From Callorhinchus milii (taxonomy: Eukaryota), in contig NW_024704744.1 of the NCBI RefSeq assembly GCF_018977255.1, forward strand, positions 63,612,001 through 63,676,000: a stretch of DNA of 64,000 nt, written 5' to 3'. A program made the position numbers and the translations under genes. Positions 24,273-38,688 of the stretch are shown here, in pieces. The notes under the pieces are model-generated. The model did not search any database. It was given only the letters and a program-made list of their open reading frames with translations, and was not told the origin of the DNA. Numbering within the stretch: position 1 is the first letter of the stretch; every line of letters begins with the position of its first letter.

Positions 24273-25334
24273 CTAAAGAGAAAGGAAATCTTTAGACCTC
24301 AAGGTACCAAAGTGAAGGACCATGTAGACACTGTCTGTAAACACACCATACACTGTACGCAGTGAAAAATGACAACATGCTGCTCAAATAACTTTAAAAT
24401 GAGATATTGGAGAAGTGAAGACTTAATGTTTCCTCCTCCAGGTCCACAGCTGTGCAGGAGGTGTTAGGATAAGTGATACAATACAGTATAATACAAATAC
24501 AAAGTGGTATTCCTAATTCCCAAACGATCTGCTATGATCTACTATAATGGAGAAACAGGCTCAATTCCTCCCGTTCCTATCAATCTTTCTGGTATTCAGG
24601 GACCATTTATTCCCTCACTCTCCCGACTCTGAAATTGTATGTCGGTTCCGATTAGAACGATTCACTGAAATGTCGTCTCTCACAGCTGAACAGTCAGCCC
24701 TGTTGACAAGAGGCCTGGGGGCACCTGGCGGGAGGCCGGGGTGGAGAGTGCAGGACAAACAGCATCACAGAACAATTGGCCCGCAAAAAATGAGGAACTA
24801 TTCAATGGAACTACAATCCTCAAACCTGGTATTCTGTGTGGTAGAAACGTTAACACTGCTCCACTGAACAAAACACGCGTTGAATCAGGTAAATGAAGGT
24901 GGATCGGAGCTCCTGTGAGAATCCAGACATTGAGAAGGCTGTGATTTTGTGCTGCCTCTCAGCTGCAGGCTGCCCCAGGGTCCCAGAGACAAGCTCTGCT
25001 ACAGATGGACGCAGCTGGCACCAGATGCGGTTTGAAAGGGGCGATTCCCTAGCCTCTTCAATGTTAAACATTACTTCTCAAAAAACACAGTGTTTTAAGA
25101 GCAGAGAACACAATTAAACCAACAATTAAACCAAGTGAAAGATTGCTCAATGAGACGACCGTGGTAGAGACTTCAGACAGACACTATTCATCTTTCATTA
25201 CAATGGCTGTGTCTCTCCCCTCCCCCACCTCCCCGGACCTCAGTCCCATTCACCACTGCATTTGAAGTAATAACAACAATCCTTGCATTTCACATAGAGT
25301 CTTATCACATCATTGAAACGTCTCAAAGGATTTA

Positions 25335-25571
<237 letters not shown>

Positions 25572-26229
25572 TTACGCCCTGCTCCCTCCCGACCACGGTA
25601 CACCACATGAACATACAGTCACCAGTAGTAATACTGCTGTGTGATCTTCATTCCCATTGCAGTGACATACAGCATTGCACCCCGGGACCTACAACAAACC
25701 ACTCATACTAATAACCCTCATTAAATGTGATATTAAACCGAGGTCCTATTCCTGGAACAGGCAGACAGGACCTCAGTTTACTCTCATCCAAAGGATAGAA
25801 CCTCCAATGATGCAGCACCACAATGACTATATGAGCTTAGACTATGAGTTCCAAGTCACAATATGGGGCTTGAATCCCAACCTTCTGATGCGGAGGGAAG
25901 AGTGCTACCACAGAGCCAGGCTGATGCTAATACCCTCCCTCCTCACAGAGAAAAGTCATACCCTCAGGTTTTGCATCCCCTCAGAAGGAGCAAGTTAGTT
26001 TTTGAAAACGCTTCCTCACAGAACAGGAATAGCTTTCAGCAGGGCCTAAAACACAACATTTACAAACCACAAGTCACTGCAACCATTGGGACTTCTGGTT
26101 TCCAATCTGAAAAAAATCCTTTTGTCGGCATGTGGGATCCTTCTGCTTTTTATAATCCTTGAAATGGCAAAACATCTCAAAGCGTTTCACAGAATTTACT
26201 CACGGTTCACAGTGTAGTTACCAACAACA

Positions 26230-26662
26230 CTAAATTCGTGCTCGTCAGACTTCTCACCTCTTCCCTCCACAAGATTATTCAGAACTCTGCAGCCTTGTCC
26301 TCTCCCACTAAGCTCCATGAGTCGATCAGCCCCATTCTCGCCCGGCTTCACTGACTCCCCATGTCCCAGACGATCGAGTTCAACACCCCAGTCCTCACCA
26401 TTAAAGCCCTTCTCTACAGTCTTGCTCCTTCCTACCTCTGTGACCTATTAAAACTTCACCAACCTGCCCGCTCCTTCCGCTGTGGACTATTCCACATCAC
26501 TCACCCTACCTGCTTCACTATCAGCATTCGGGTCATCGGCCTTTTTGCCCCTACTCTCTGGAACTCCAGCCCAGAGCCTCTCCGCCTCACTCCCTCATTG
26601 TACAGCACTTTGGGATGTCCTCCTGACGTGAAAGGCTCTATATAATCCAATCTGTTGTTGTT
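26230..26662 (+). mobile_element. Older L2 3' fragment
   Basis: Degenerate APSYLCDLL...PTLWN plus L2 tail. Confidence 0.8.
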
Positions 26663-26665
26663 GCA

Positions 26666-27539
26666 AAACTGAGGCCCTCCTGATTGGCTCGTGTCAGCGC
26701 CTCCGCACCTCAGGTGCTGACAACATCAGCATCCAAGGCTGCACTCTCCACCTCTCAAAGCCAGTCAGGAACCTCGGGGTTCTGTTCGACCCTGAGCTGT
26801 CCTTTCTCCCTCACATCCGCACCACAACTGGCACCGCCTTCCATCACCTCCGGAATGTCGCCAGACTACGGCACTACCTCACCTCTCACGCTGCTGAAAC
26901 CCTGGTCCACGCCTTTGTCACCTCAAGGCTGGACTATGGGAACTCTCTCCTCGCCGGCCTTCCCGGCACCTCCCTCCACAAGCTGCAGGTCATTCAGAAC
27001 TCTGCAGCTCATGTACTGTCCCGCACCAGGCTTCGTGACCACATCACTCCCACCCTCGCTCGCCTCCACTGGCTCCCCATCCCCCAGAGGATCGAATTCA
27101 AGATCCTCATCCTCACCTACAAGGCCATTCACGGCCTTGCTCCCTCCTACCTCTACGATCTACTATCCCCCTACCTACCTGCCCGTACCCTCCGTTCCTC
27201 TGGCTCCGGTCTGCTCCACATCCCCCGCCCCAACCGCCCTACCATCGGTGGCCGGGCCTTCAGCCTCTCAGCCCCGAGGCTCTGGAACTCTATCCCCCAG
27301 TGCCTTCGCCGCCTCCTCCCTTTCCTCCTTCAAGGCCGGTCTCAAGACCTTTCTCTTTGACCGTGACTTCAGCTCCCCTCTCGACTCTCTACCCCCTCCT
27401 CGCTCCCTCCCTTCCCTCCCCTCACCCTGACCATTTCCCCCCTTGCTCGGGTCCTGACCCAACTGTACAGCGCCTTGGGACGTCCTCCCGACGTGAAAGG
27501 CGCTCAATAAATGGAATCTTGTTGTTGTTGTTGTTGTTG
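26666..27539 (+). mobile_element. Young L2 LINE 3' fragment in a PSEN2 intron
   Basis: Near-identical to 15522-16135, with (TTG)n tail. Confidence 0.93.
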
Positions 27540-27575
27540 ACTGTATTTGTAGGCAAACACTTTTGAGGATTCTCA

Positions 27576-27821
<246 letters not shown>

Positions 27822-27910
27822 TTAAATCGAGTTGGAGTCATGCCAAACAGTGCAGGAACAACACAGCAATGACACTGGAGAGGAACCAAGCAAAGGCACA
27901 GAATACCTAC

Positions 27911-27978
27911 CCTAAATACATGTAGGTAAACAGGAACAGCAACAACAGGGAAGAGAGAATCAGCCAGCCATGGATAAA
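27911..27978 (-). CDS. PSEN2: PSEN2 exon (68 nt)
   Basis: FIHGWLILSSLLLLFLFTYMYLG. Confidence 0.96.
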
Positions 27979-28595
27979 CTGAAAGGCACAAAAGCACCCT
28001 GGTCAGTGGAAAACAGAGCATTCAGACTTTCCACAGAAAATCCGGTAGGAAATCAATGTCCTGCCTTCCTTCACTGCCGCTCCAAACACATTCAAGCAAA
28101 TACTGGAAGAGGGTCTAATTTAAAGCTTGTACTAACAATGCATAAACAAAAGTGTAAATGTAATTGTTAAATAATTAACAACCAATGAAAAGCAAATTTT
28201 GTATGTGGAGAATGGAGATGTTTGTAGCTGAATGAACATCAATGGGGAGAAAGTCCAGTGGGTCTAGATTTACTCTATTAATATAGCATTTCAGAGCATC
28301 CATTAATTGACAAATTCTTAAACACAGATTTCATTTTGAATCTGGTTTCCTGTAAGCTTCTTGAGAACTACGGAAATCAAAGTTAAAAATTAATACAACA
28401 ATTAGCCAAATTCTAGAGACTGAAATGCTGAGAAAATATGATCCAGGTGGAATTTTCTCCCTTTGTAAATATTCCATCCCCAATAGCTCAGACAGCAATA
28501 AGGGACACACTCTTGGTTACAGCAGGACTCAATACCAGCGGTTTAGACACCGCAGCCGGTAAATTCAAACACACACAAGGATGGAACACACTTAC

Positions 28596-28737
28596 TTTGT
28601 AACAGCGGTATTTGTAAAGGAGAACGAGGATTATCGTCATGACAACAATCACACTGATCATGATTATTGTGTTGAGGATGGAATTGAGAAGACGCTGTCC
28701 AACCGAGTCCGTGTCCTCTGTGAAAGGTGTGTAAATG
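28596..28737 (-). CDS. PSEN2: PSEN2 exon (142 nt)
   Basis: [47 protein letters not shown]. Confidence 0.97.
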
Positions 28738-29574
28738 CTGCCAAAGTGCAAGACAGTATATATTTACATTTATATCATGCCTTTCAGGTCAGGAGGACGC
28801 CCCAAAGCACTCAAACAGGAGTGAAAATGAGGAGGAATCTTCTACCGATAATCACCGTAAACTTTTAACATGATGAGCCCACTGTTCTGCGCTACCATTA
28901 AAACCATAGAGAGGCTCTTCCTTCCCCCACCCCACCACCACCAATTCCCCAATATATTTTTGGGATCAGTCGGGTGTCTGCCAGATGCTGAAACCCATCA
29001 TATCACCATGCTTAAAAGTATCTCGACCAAACCAAGAGATCCAAGAGATCCATGAATCCTACCTCCACATGTTATTGGAATGGAATATGCACTCTCTCCC
29101 TGCAGCGCTGCATCCTGCTTACCTAATTCCAGAAAGTAGTCTGATAATGTGGCCGTAAAGGCCTAGGTTCCCAGTACTTTTCAGTCACATTATCAGCATG
29201 TGTTTCAAGTCAACCTGCTGTCACAGCTTCATATAGGCTATCTGGCCTTCATTTAGAAAGCGGGACCTGGGTTAGTTCACAGATGGTCCACTGTCCTTTC
29301 AGTACTAAGAGGGAGTTGTAGTTTTGACAAGTGATTTTTTTCTGGCTCCTATCTGTTGCAATGATGGTGGTGGTGGGAGGATATGGAACCTGGGAGAGAA
29401 TCACACGATGGTGACGATGTTCTCCCCGGTTTCATACACTCCTCCACCCCACCCCATCCTGATCACCGGTATTTGAATCTGGTCTGGCTGGGGCTGCACT
29501 TGAATAACTCTTGGAGAGGGCTCGGGGGCTCTTTAAAAGGTTAGCTGGTGATCCTGAGATAAAATACAATACAA

Positions 29575-30300
29575 ATTACACTTGTAAATGCGCCTTTCAC
29601 ATCATGAGGACATCCCAAGGGGCTGAATAGTCAGGGATTAGGACCCGAGTGGGGTGAGGGGAGCCAGTGGTGGCGCGGGCCAGATGGGGAACATAGAGCA
29701 GGTCAGAGCCTGCTGAGGGAGCGGACAGGTTGATAAGGGATTAGCAGGTTGGAGAGGTAGGAAGGGGCAAGTCATGGAGGGCTTTGAAGGTAAGGATGAG
29801 AATTTTGAACTCAATCCTCTGAGGGATGGGGAGCCAGTGGACCTGGGGCGGGGGGTGTGATGGGGTCACAGAGCCTGGTGCAGGAGAGGACACGAACTGC
29901 AGAGTTCTGGATGATCTGCAGCTTGTGGAGGGAAGAGTTGGGAAGGCCGACAAGCAGGGCGTTGGCAAAGTCAAGCCTGGTTGTAATGAAGGCATGTATG
30001 AGGGTTTTGGCGGCCTGAGGGGTGAGGCAGTGGCAGAGTCGGGCAATGTTGCGGAGGTGGGGAAAGGCAGAGGGTCGAACAAGATGCCTAGATTCCTGAC
30101 TGGCTTGGTGAGGTGGAGTGTGCATCCGTGAACGCTGATGCACTCAAGTCCCATTGCCTGAGGTGTGGAGGCGCTGGCGTGAGCCAGTCAAGAGGGCCTC
30201 AGTCTTTCTGACGTTCAACTCTACAAAGTTGACTCTCATCTAGGACTTGATGTCTGTCAGGACAGCAATGGTCCTGGGGTCAAGGGTGGAGGCAGAGGAC
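29575..30300 (-). mobile_element. L2 3' fragment
   Basis: VRNLGILFD, TRLDFANALLVGLP, HWLPIPQRIEFKILILTFKALH; antisense L2 tail near 29580. Confidence 0.88.
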
Positions 30301-30335
30301 ATTGGAAAGGAAAGGGAAGTTCAGGACACACTCAC

Positions 30336-30562
30336 AGCTGCCCATTCTTCTCCGTGTAGAAGCTGACGGACTTGATTGTAGCGACTACCACAGCCATACA
30401 CAGAGTGACGGGCACAAAGAGCATGATGACGTGTTTGGCTCCATATTTGAGGGTCAGCTCCTCCTCGTCACTGTCAGCGACCAGCTCCCTGCTGGTGGAA
30501 CCACTCTCAGGACCCTCATTGTCCTCCCCGCTGACCAGTCGCTGGCTTGCTGCCGAGAGCCG
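30336..30562 (-). CDS. PSEN2: PSEN2 exon containing TM1
   Basis: ...[45 protein letters not shown]; acceptor gtgtag inferred from phase. Confidence 0.92.
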
Positions 30563-30861
30563 CTACACGCATAGGACGGAGCAAAAAACAACACGCTCGT
30601 ACAACCATTCTCTCCACAAATTCCCCTTCACCATCATTTCCCCAAGTTAATCCTCCCCCATCCCACTTTCCCAAATTTACTCCCCCCCACCACCCACAGG
30701 TCCTCTTCCAAAATTAACCTCCCACCCGTTCCAGCCCACTCCCTAAATCCAACCACCACCACCACCACCACCATCTCCCCAAATCAGCTCACAAAGAGCA
30801 GTACAGATTTGACCCTCCACTGCTGGCACTCAGTGTGAGCAATGGGCCAGGGGAGACTTAC

Positions 30862-30993
30862 CCTGTTGGTCTGCCACTCAGCTGTGTTGGACACCTCATC
30901 TTTATCCTGATAGGAGGATGTAGCTGCCACGGCAGCTGACATTAGAGCTGTCCTCTCCGTGTACAGCTCCTCCTCACTCTCTGATGAAATCAT
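30862..30993 (-). CDS. PSEN2: PSEN2 first coding exon
   Basis: MISSESEEELYTERTALMS resembles human PSEN2 MASDSEEEVCDERTSLMS; AGG|gtaagt donor. Confidence 0.9.
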
Positions 30994-31259
30994 GAACTTG
31001 CTCTCTGTAAATACAAGTGACTGATCTGACACTCAATAACAACAACAAAAAATTCTTGCATTCGATGTAGCATCTTATCACGCGGTTGAAACATCTCAAA
31101 GCATAGGGGGATTTACTGTAAGTGTAGTGCCTGTATTTGTAGTTGAAATGTCTTTATTTGCTGCCTACCCAATTTACATTGTTACACGACAACACAGTCA
31201 CTGAAACAAAAATGAAATCTTCAGCGGAAAAGGTTGCTGGAGGTCAATACCTAGATCTG

Positions 31260-31660
31260 AAAGTTCTATGTAAATTCATCTATCCCCAACTATGAGCAAG
31301 AACCATGTGGCCCATTTCATCTCATCCTCACAGAGTACCAACCAACATATTACAGCATCCAGCTGTTTCTCAAATCAAACCAGTGCCCTGGCCTCAACCA
31401 TCCTTCCCTGTATCCCATTCGAGCTGTCGATTATACTGTGTAAAAAAATCTTCCTGGTGTCTATCCTAAAATTACTCATTACAACCCTGAACCTTTGCCC
31501 TCTTGTTCTTGCTAGTTTGGTTTATTCAAAAGTATTATTCTCTATTTACTTTCTCTTGACTGATTAGCATCGTAGATACCACTACCAAGTCTCCTCTGAG
31601 ATGTCTTTTTTCAAGGCTCAAGAGTGCTAGCTCATCCAGTCGTTCCTCATAATCCCAAAG
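31260..31660 (-). mobile_element. Degenerate CR1-clade LINE 3' fragment
   Basis: Antisense CR1-like 3' coding region (AACCTTTGCCCTCTTGTTC, CTAGCTCATCCAGTCGTTCCTCATAA). Confidence 0.55.
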
Positions 31661-31794
31661 CCTCCAAACCCTCAGGGTCGAGTTACTGACACAGAGCCAA
31701 GTGCTTATCTTTGCCCATACAGCCTGTTTCCAGCTGGGGAGGTGGGCAGAGACTTGGTAACAGATTATCCCTGCACTTCCCAGGATCTCAACAA

Positions 31795-32150
31795 CGACAA
31801 CAAATTAGATTTGTATAGCATCTTTCACATCAGGTGGATGTCCCAAGGCGTTGGACAGTCAGGGATCTGCACCCGAACTGGTGGTTGGGATCAAGAGGGC
31901 GAGGAGTGTAGGAGTAGGAGGGTAATCAAAGGCACGGTGAAAGAGCAGGGTCTTGAGACGGATCTTGAAGGAGGCGAGGGGCGGGGGGACGAGGCGAAGG
32001 GACTGCGGGATGGAGTTCCAGAAGGTGGGGGCAGAGAGGTTGAAGGCCCAGCCGCCAATGGTGGGGCGGGCGAGGCGTGGGACGTGAAGCAGGCTGGAGC
32101 CCGCTGAGCGGAGGGAGCGGACAGGTTGGTCGGGGGGTTAGGAGGTCCGC
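31795..32150 (-). mobile_element. L2 3' fragment
   Basis: Antisense L2 tail and body. Confidence 0.8.
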
Positions 32151-32614
32151 AGCGATCTCAGTCTGCTCAGAAACTAATCCCTGCCGCTGGTCACAGTTAC
32201 CCTGCAATCAATCAGAGATTTTAAATGGCTCATCTTCATTATCTATCGTAACAGAGGATCACCACTGAAGGCACGATCTCTAACCTTTAACCCTACAGGG
32301 CATTAACTGATTCGGTCACCCCTTGGCAGAGACCAGCGATGCCCGCGGCGGAGCCACAGCCTGACCGCAGAGCTGACGCAGTGAAAGCGCCCCTGGCCTA
32401 CCCCAGCAGAATTGCCTTAGTTTTCGGTTATCCCATCTGCCACCTCACTGCTCTTCGTTCAAACCACAGATTTGCAGACTGACCAGGAAATAAAGCGTCT
32501 CCGTCGTCCCCCCCGACCCGACCCCCGACCCAGTTCTCGCGCGCGCGCACACACACAGTGGAGGCAGCCGAGCAGTCGGCCAGCGGCCAAAGCCATTAAT
32601 ACATCACACATTAC

Positions 32615-32850
32615 CTGTGACAAGCGAGAGGTGCGGATAAGAGCTACTCCTCACAAAACGGAGCCGCCCAAACCTGCAGCCATTCTGCAGGGAAGCGAAA
32701 GCGAGCCAGTCAGCTGATCAGAGCCACACTCGGGGGAAGCTCTTCCCACAATCCTCACTCGTAGCTCTTATTGTATTTCCCGTCACAACAACAGCGACAG
32801 CAACAGCGCAACTGCTCCCCCGTGTGGCTGTCTGGGAGCTACCGCACCGG
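32615..32850 (-). promoter_or_regulatory. Probable PSEN2 promoter and non-coding first exon
   Basis: CpG-rich patch, CAG|gtaatg donor at 32614, ZNF143/SBS-like TTCCCACAATCC near 32743. Confidence 0.6.
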
Positions 32851-33059
32851 TCATTACAGTCATAGCAATAATTGTACCTCAATTGAGCAATAATAACCCT
32901 GGCATTTGATACAGCGCCTTATCACGTCTTGGGAGTCTCGGAGTGCTTCACTGTAGAAGTGATTTGACTGTATGTTTTGTGGGCAAGATTTTTCTTTACT
33001 TCTCGCGCGCAAACTGCTGGTAGGTGGGTGCGAGGAGGTTTCGCCAACATGGCCATATT

Positions 33060-33430
33060 TTTCCCTCAATGACCAGGGTTGCTCTTTTCGGTCTTGAGAG
33101 GGGACGTCTTATAAAAGCTTTCAAAAAAGATTTGGAACTGGATTGAGAAAGTCGATCCAGAATGACTCTTTCAGATGCACCAAGACAGCAGAACCAGAGG
33201 ACACTGGTTTTGGGTTTCAAAGTGCAGTTTAAGGATGTATTTCTCTACCCAGCGGACAATTAATGCCTGGAATTAGTTTCCAGGAAGGGTGATTAAGGCC
33301 AGAACACTGAACTTGTTTAATAAAATAGCTTGATGTGAGTACAAAAGGTTGAGATCAAATGGACTGAAGGACCTTTTTCATCTGAACCTCTCTTGGGAAG
33401 ACTGAAGAGCTTCAGGTCCGTCAAAATGTC
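33060..33430 (+). mobile_element. Degenerate CR1-clade LINE 3' fragment
   Basis: Resembles the CR1 C-terminus (TRGH...F..R..N.WN.LP). Confidence 0.55.
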
Positions 33431-34564
33431 ACATTTCATCCCTCTAACGTTGGGATCATCCCCCATTGCTTTCCTCTGCACTGCAAATGTTAATACTGGT
33501 AGTGTGTTCCTAACTAATGCAGACATTTCAGAATGTTATTAGGTAAAGGCAGATATAATATTCCTTGCATTTGATATGGTGCCTTATCACATTGTTGAGA
33601 CGTCTCAACGTGCTTCACAGACTATTTTGAAAAGAGAATTGACTGTATTTTGTGGGCAAAATGTGCCAGCCAATTGCACACAGCAGTGTGCCACAGACAG
33701 TCATGGATTGAGTGACCANTTTTTTCTGACACTGTTAACAGGTGATTCAGTGTTATATGAAGAGAATTTGCTAACCATTAATTTATGGTAAGCCTTCATG
33801 GTGATGGTTTTTTACATGTACCAGATACCTGGCTGATCAAAACCAAATATTATATTGTTCTTTTTCTGCTATTAATCACCAATTTAGCTCATCAATGTTG
33901 AGAATCGTGAAGACTAAAAGTTGTTCATGTCAAATTGGTTGTGAGCATGTCGTTGATTGCCTTTCATTATGAATGTGGATTGACATAATAAACACACACA
34001 CTGTAACAGTGTGACATTATTATTCCATTTGTCAAGTGAAAATTGTACTTTTTGAATTTTTGCGACATTATCAATGCAAGCAGAGGACCTTGAGGACAAA
34101 TACACTTCCATGGCATGCCATGTTTCTTGTTAACTTCACACGTTGAGTCATCATATTTAGTGTGTCAACACATGCTGCAATATAAGATGCTCAACTCCAG
34201 TAAAAAGTTTGCTTTTGGCCAGGGAGAGATTATGTGCTCCTCCAAACCATTCACTGGGAGGGGTGTGTCGTCACCTAGTGGGTGATGCTTAATAGTTTTG
34301 AAACACTGAGGGGGTCTAATTTCAGAACTTTAATTGTGTAAATTAAGATGGACATAATTTGGGGAGTTAAAGGGAAACGAGAGTTAAATGCCCTCAATTC
34401 CTGTGAATTTCCAGTGCTTGTTTTGGGGAGATACAGTGGTTCTGTGCAAACACTAAAAAGGTACAAAATACACTCAATTTTCACTTTACAGTATATTCTG
34501 TGAAGCGCTTTGAGACATCTCAATGACATGATGAGGCGTTATATCAAATGCAAGGATTATTATT

Positions 34565-36888
34565 AACACTTCCTCATCTCCTTCTCCTCTTACATCCCTC
34601 TCTCCTCCACCAAGCCCTCAACCATCCTCTACCACCCTTGGAAAAGGCTGCTCCCTGAGACCCTCACAAAGGCCCTCACATCATCAAACATCCTATCCCT
34701 CCAGCTTTCCACCCACAGAGATCCTGAAGCAGCCGTCCAGCTGCTCCATGATTGCCACTGCTCCACCTTCAACTCCCTCATCCCCCTGAAATCCAGGACC
34801 CACCCGATCCCCTGGTACAACAACCATCTCCAGCGCCTAAAAACCCAAAACAGGCTGCTCAAGCGCAGATGGTGGAAAACTGGCCTGACAGTTCACTGCC
34901 AACTGTGGCTCGAGCATCTCCACAGCTACCGCCGTTCTTTGACACGTGCAAAAACAGCCTTCTACTCCAACATCATCTTGGAGGCTAAACACAACCCTAA
35001 AATCCTTTTTTCCACCACCCACTACCTCCTCTGTGCCCCCCCTTAGGCCTCCTCAATCTTCATATCAAATGCCAAGTGCGAGGAGGTCATGGACTTCTTT
35101 TCATTTAAAATACACAACATCCGTCAGGCAGCCTCATCCACCTGCCTCTTGTTCCCACCACCACACCCTCTCTGTCCCCCTCACCTTCCTCATCATCTGC
35201 TCCTACCACCAACCCCATCCTACATTCCTTCCTCTCCATCTCTCTCTCCTCCCTCTCACCCACCATCACCTCCATGAAATTCACCACCTGCTGCCTTAAC
35301 CCCCTCCCCACCAACTTCCTGGTCACACAGCTCCCCCTCCTCTGCCCACTACTGGCTGATGTCATCAACCAGTCCCTCTCCTCCGGATCAGTTCCTGCCT
35401 CCCTCAAAACTGCTGTCATCAGCCCCCTCCTCAAAAAACCCTCCCTGGATCCCTCAAATCCCCAACCACTACCGCCCTATTTCTAACCTGCCCTTCCTCA
35501 CAAAAGTCCTAGAACGCGTTGTTGCCAATCAACTCCACGCACACCTCTCCTCCCACTCCCTCTTCAAACCCCTCCCGTCCGGTTTCCGCCCACAGTACAG
35601 AGACTGCGCTTGTGAAAGTCACAAACGACATCGTCTCTATCTGTGACCAGGGCTCCCTCTGCCTCCTTGTCCTCTTGGACCTCTCAGCCACGTTCGACAC
35701 AGTCGATCACCCCATCCTCCTCCACCGCCTTTCCTCCCTCATCCACCTCAGTGGGACCGCACTCGCCTGGTTCAAGTCCTAACTCACAAACTGACAGCAG
35801 TACACCTGCACAAATGGCTTCTCCTCCCACTCTCACCCGGTCACTTGCGAAGTACCCCAAGGATCCATCCTTGGCCCCCTTCTCTTTCTGATCTACATGC
35901 TCCCTCTTGGGGATGTCATTCGCAGACATGGGGTACATTTCCACATGTATGCAGATGACACCCAACTCTATTTTTCCACCTCTCTTTGCGACCCCCAGTC
36001 CCCTGATGTTCTGTCAGCCTGCCTGTCAGATCTCAGGGGCTGGATGAGCGCAAATTTCCTTCAGCTGAACGTTGACAAGACGGAAGCCATACTCTTTGGC
36101 TCTCATCAACATCTGAAATCTCACGGTTCTCACCTCCTCCACCTACCCGACCTCCCCCTAAAAATCTCTGTACGCAATCTAGGCATCAGGTTCAACCCCC
36201 AATTATCCTTCCTCCCCCACATCCAGTCCCTCACCAGCACCGCTTTCTTCCACCTTCGACTCATTGCCCATCTCCGTCAATACCTCTCTCCGAAAGCCGC
36301 TGAAACCCTGATCTATGCTTTTGTCACCTCTCGGCTGGACTATTCAAACACCCTCCTCACCGGCCTCCCCTCCACTACCATCCATAAAATCCAAATCATT
36401 CAAAACTCTGCCGCCCGTATTCTCACCCGCACCAAACTCCGCTCCCCAATTACCCCAGTCCTTGCCAGACTGCACTGGCTGCCTATCCCAGAGAGGATCG
36501 ACTTCAAGATCCTCACCCTTGTCTTCAAATCCCTCCACTCCTCTACAACCCCTACCTCTCTGACCTCCTCTCTCCTCAAAACAGTACCTATTGCCTTCGT
36601 TCCTCCGGGTCTGACCTCCTCCTTGTCCCCCGAGTTCTCCGCTCCATCCTCGGCGGCCATGCCTTCAGCCACTACGCCCGAGACTCTGGAATTCCCTTCC
36701 TCACTCCCTTCGCCTCACCCCCTCTCTTCCTATTTTCAGGTCTCTGCTGAAGATCTTTCTTTTTGACCGCGCCTTTGGTCACCTTCCTCCCCCTCCCGCT
36801 GGCTCGGCCCCGGGATCTGTTACTGTAAAGCCCTCTGAGACGCTGTCCGGCGTGGAGGGCGCTATATAAATCCAAGTTGTTATTATTA
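34565..36888 (+). mobile_element. L2-clade LINE, 5'-truncated, degenerate ORF2 reverse transcriptase
   Basis: Frameshifted pieces [52 protein letters not shown]; L2 tail GAGGGCGCTATATAAATCCAAG(TTG/TTA)n. Confidence 0.93.
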
Positions 36889-38688
36889 AGGTTTTGGTTT
36901 TGGATGAGGTATGGGAGAATTTACATAAGCCTCAAATTGTGTTTTTTTTCTCCTCTAACAACAAGAATGTATTTATACAGCTCTTTAGAACCAGCATAAA
37001 CTGGACTTTGTGTTCTTGTGACCGCAGAAGAATACCAAAGAAATATATCTGTGCAGGAAATACCAACAGGCAGAACAAACAAAGAACTAAGAAGACCAGT
37101 TAGTTTCAACAATAATTATATTAGATCTAATAAGAAAACAGACCCGTCTCAAGCCCCTCCTCTTCTACCGTACCTTCAGTTAACCTCCACCTTCCTCGAT
37201 TCCAACCCCCAGCTAGGGTCCAAACACAGATTGTCCAGTGCCTTGGGACGTCCTCCCGACATGAAAAGCGCTATACAAGTGTCATTCTGTTGTTGTTGTT
37301 GACAGTAATTCAACCCGTAGCACCGTGCTTGTGATGAGAATGCTTTGTTATATCTTTATATTTCCTGGTTCCCAACCTGTTATGTGTGAGAGGGAAAGTG
37401 AGTGTGACGTGTGATGCTGTGTCCCAGAAATAAATAATTAATAATAATCCTTTCATTTGACATAGCGCTTTATCATGTCATTGAGACGTCTAAAAGCGCT
37501 TCACAAAATATATTATAAAGTGAATTGACTGTATTTTGTGGGCGAAACGCAGCAGGCAATTGCCCGCAGCAGTGTCCTGTCCCACATACAGTCATTTTAT
37601 ATGAAAAATATATTTTATATATAAAGGGGACGAAAATGAATTGGAGGCCAACAGCCTCAGCCCCTCACATCTCCACTCACCTCAGGAACATGAGAGCTGC
37701 AGCTCCAGATGCCTCCTTCTGAAGGTGACTCACAGTGTAGCCGCAAATGCTGTCCTCTCACCTCTCCAGTGGTTGTTGCTCCATCATGCGCTGTTTGTGT
37801 GCTGCAGTGTCAGCCTGATCATTGGCTCAAGTCATGATGTGGGGTGTGAACCCACAACTTAAAACAGTTGTTTTGGGGAGATGAAGACAAACCATTGTAA
37901 TTAGTTGCTTGTTAAATTGTGACAGGGTTGAAAGCACAGTCAGTGGAAAGTACAGCCCTCAGTATTGCATGATAGGAAACTTGTAGATGACCTTCTCAGT
38001 TGTACTGTTCAGCACTTTCAGCTACATTCAAATTGTATGATTACTGCTAGCACTGCAGGCATTGACCAGCTGAGTTCAGTGAAAATGATCTGTTAGATGA
38101 TATTCTCAAATATGAGTCCTTCAAGCTATATTCCAATGATATGACTAGCATCAGCACTGTGGGAGATGATAAAAATTTAATAATATGATCCACAACATAG
38201 TGAATTGTGATGATGATGTAGAGAATCAGGTGGTGATCGGGTGGCAGGTGACATTACTAAGGATATTATGTCAAATTATAAGACTGGAGTGCTGCTGGGT
38301 GGGGGCAGAGGGAACTCTAACTCCCAAACCCAAGTCCGAAAGTATCTGAAGACAATGCAGAGCCGATTCCTTCCAATGTCATGACAAAGTCAATTGAACA
38401 GATTGCCTCTCCGACTGCCAAGCCCAGTCTGAACTAGTGATCAAGTCTCAAGGCAGTCCATGTTCCACTTTCTCCACCGATCCTTTTGGGGCTGGATCAT
38501 ACTCTTCAGAATCAATGGTCTCTGCAATTCCTATTCCAGCCAACAGAAGTCTGAGGGCAGGCATTCCACTGCTCAGCTGCATCCGTCTCCCACGAATAAA
38601 TCATGGAGAGGTTCGGAATGGCAGCTACAACGTTATGAGACCTCAGAGAGGGAGAGAGCACTGCCAGCAACTACACAGCCTGAGGAGT

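Noticed and set aside
33719-33719. Single N base
   Set aside because: Assembly ambiguity at the end of a SINE remnant.
35897-36766. 289-aa reverse transcriptase ORF as an active gene
   Set aside because: It is part of a 5'-truncated L2 with frameshifts and stops upstream.
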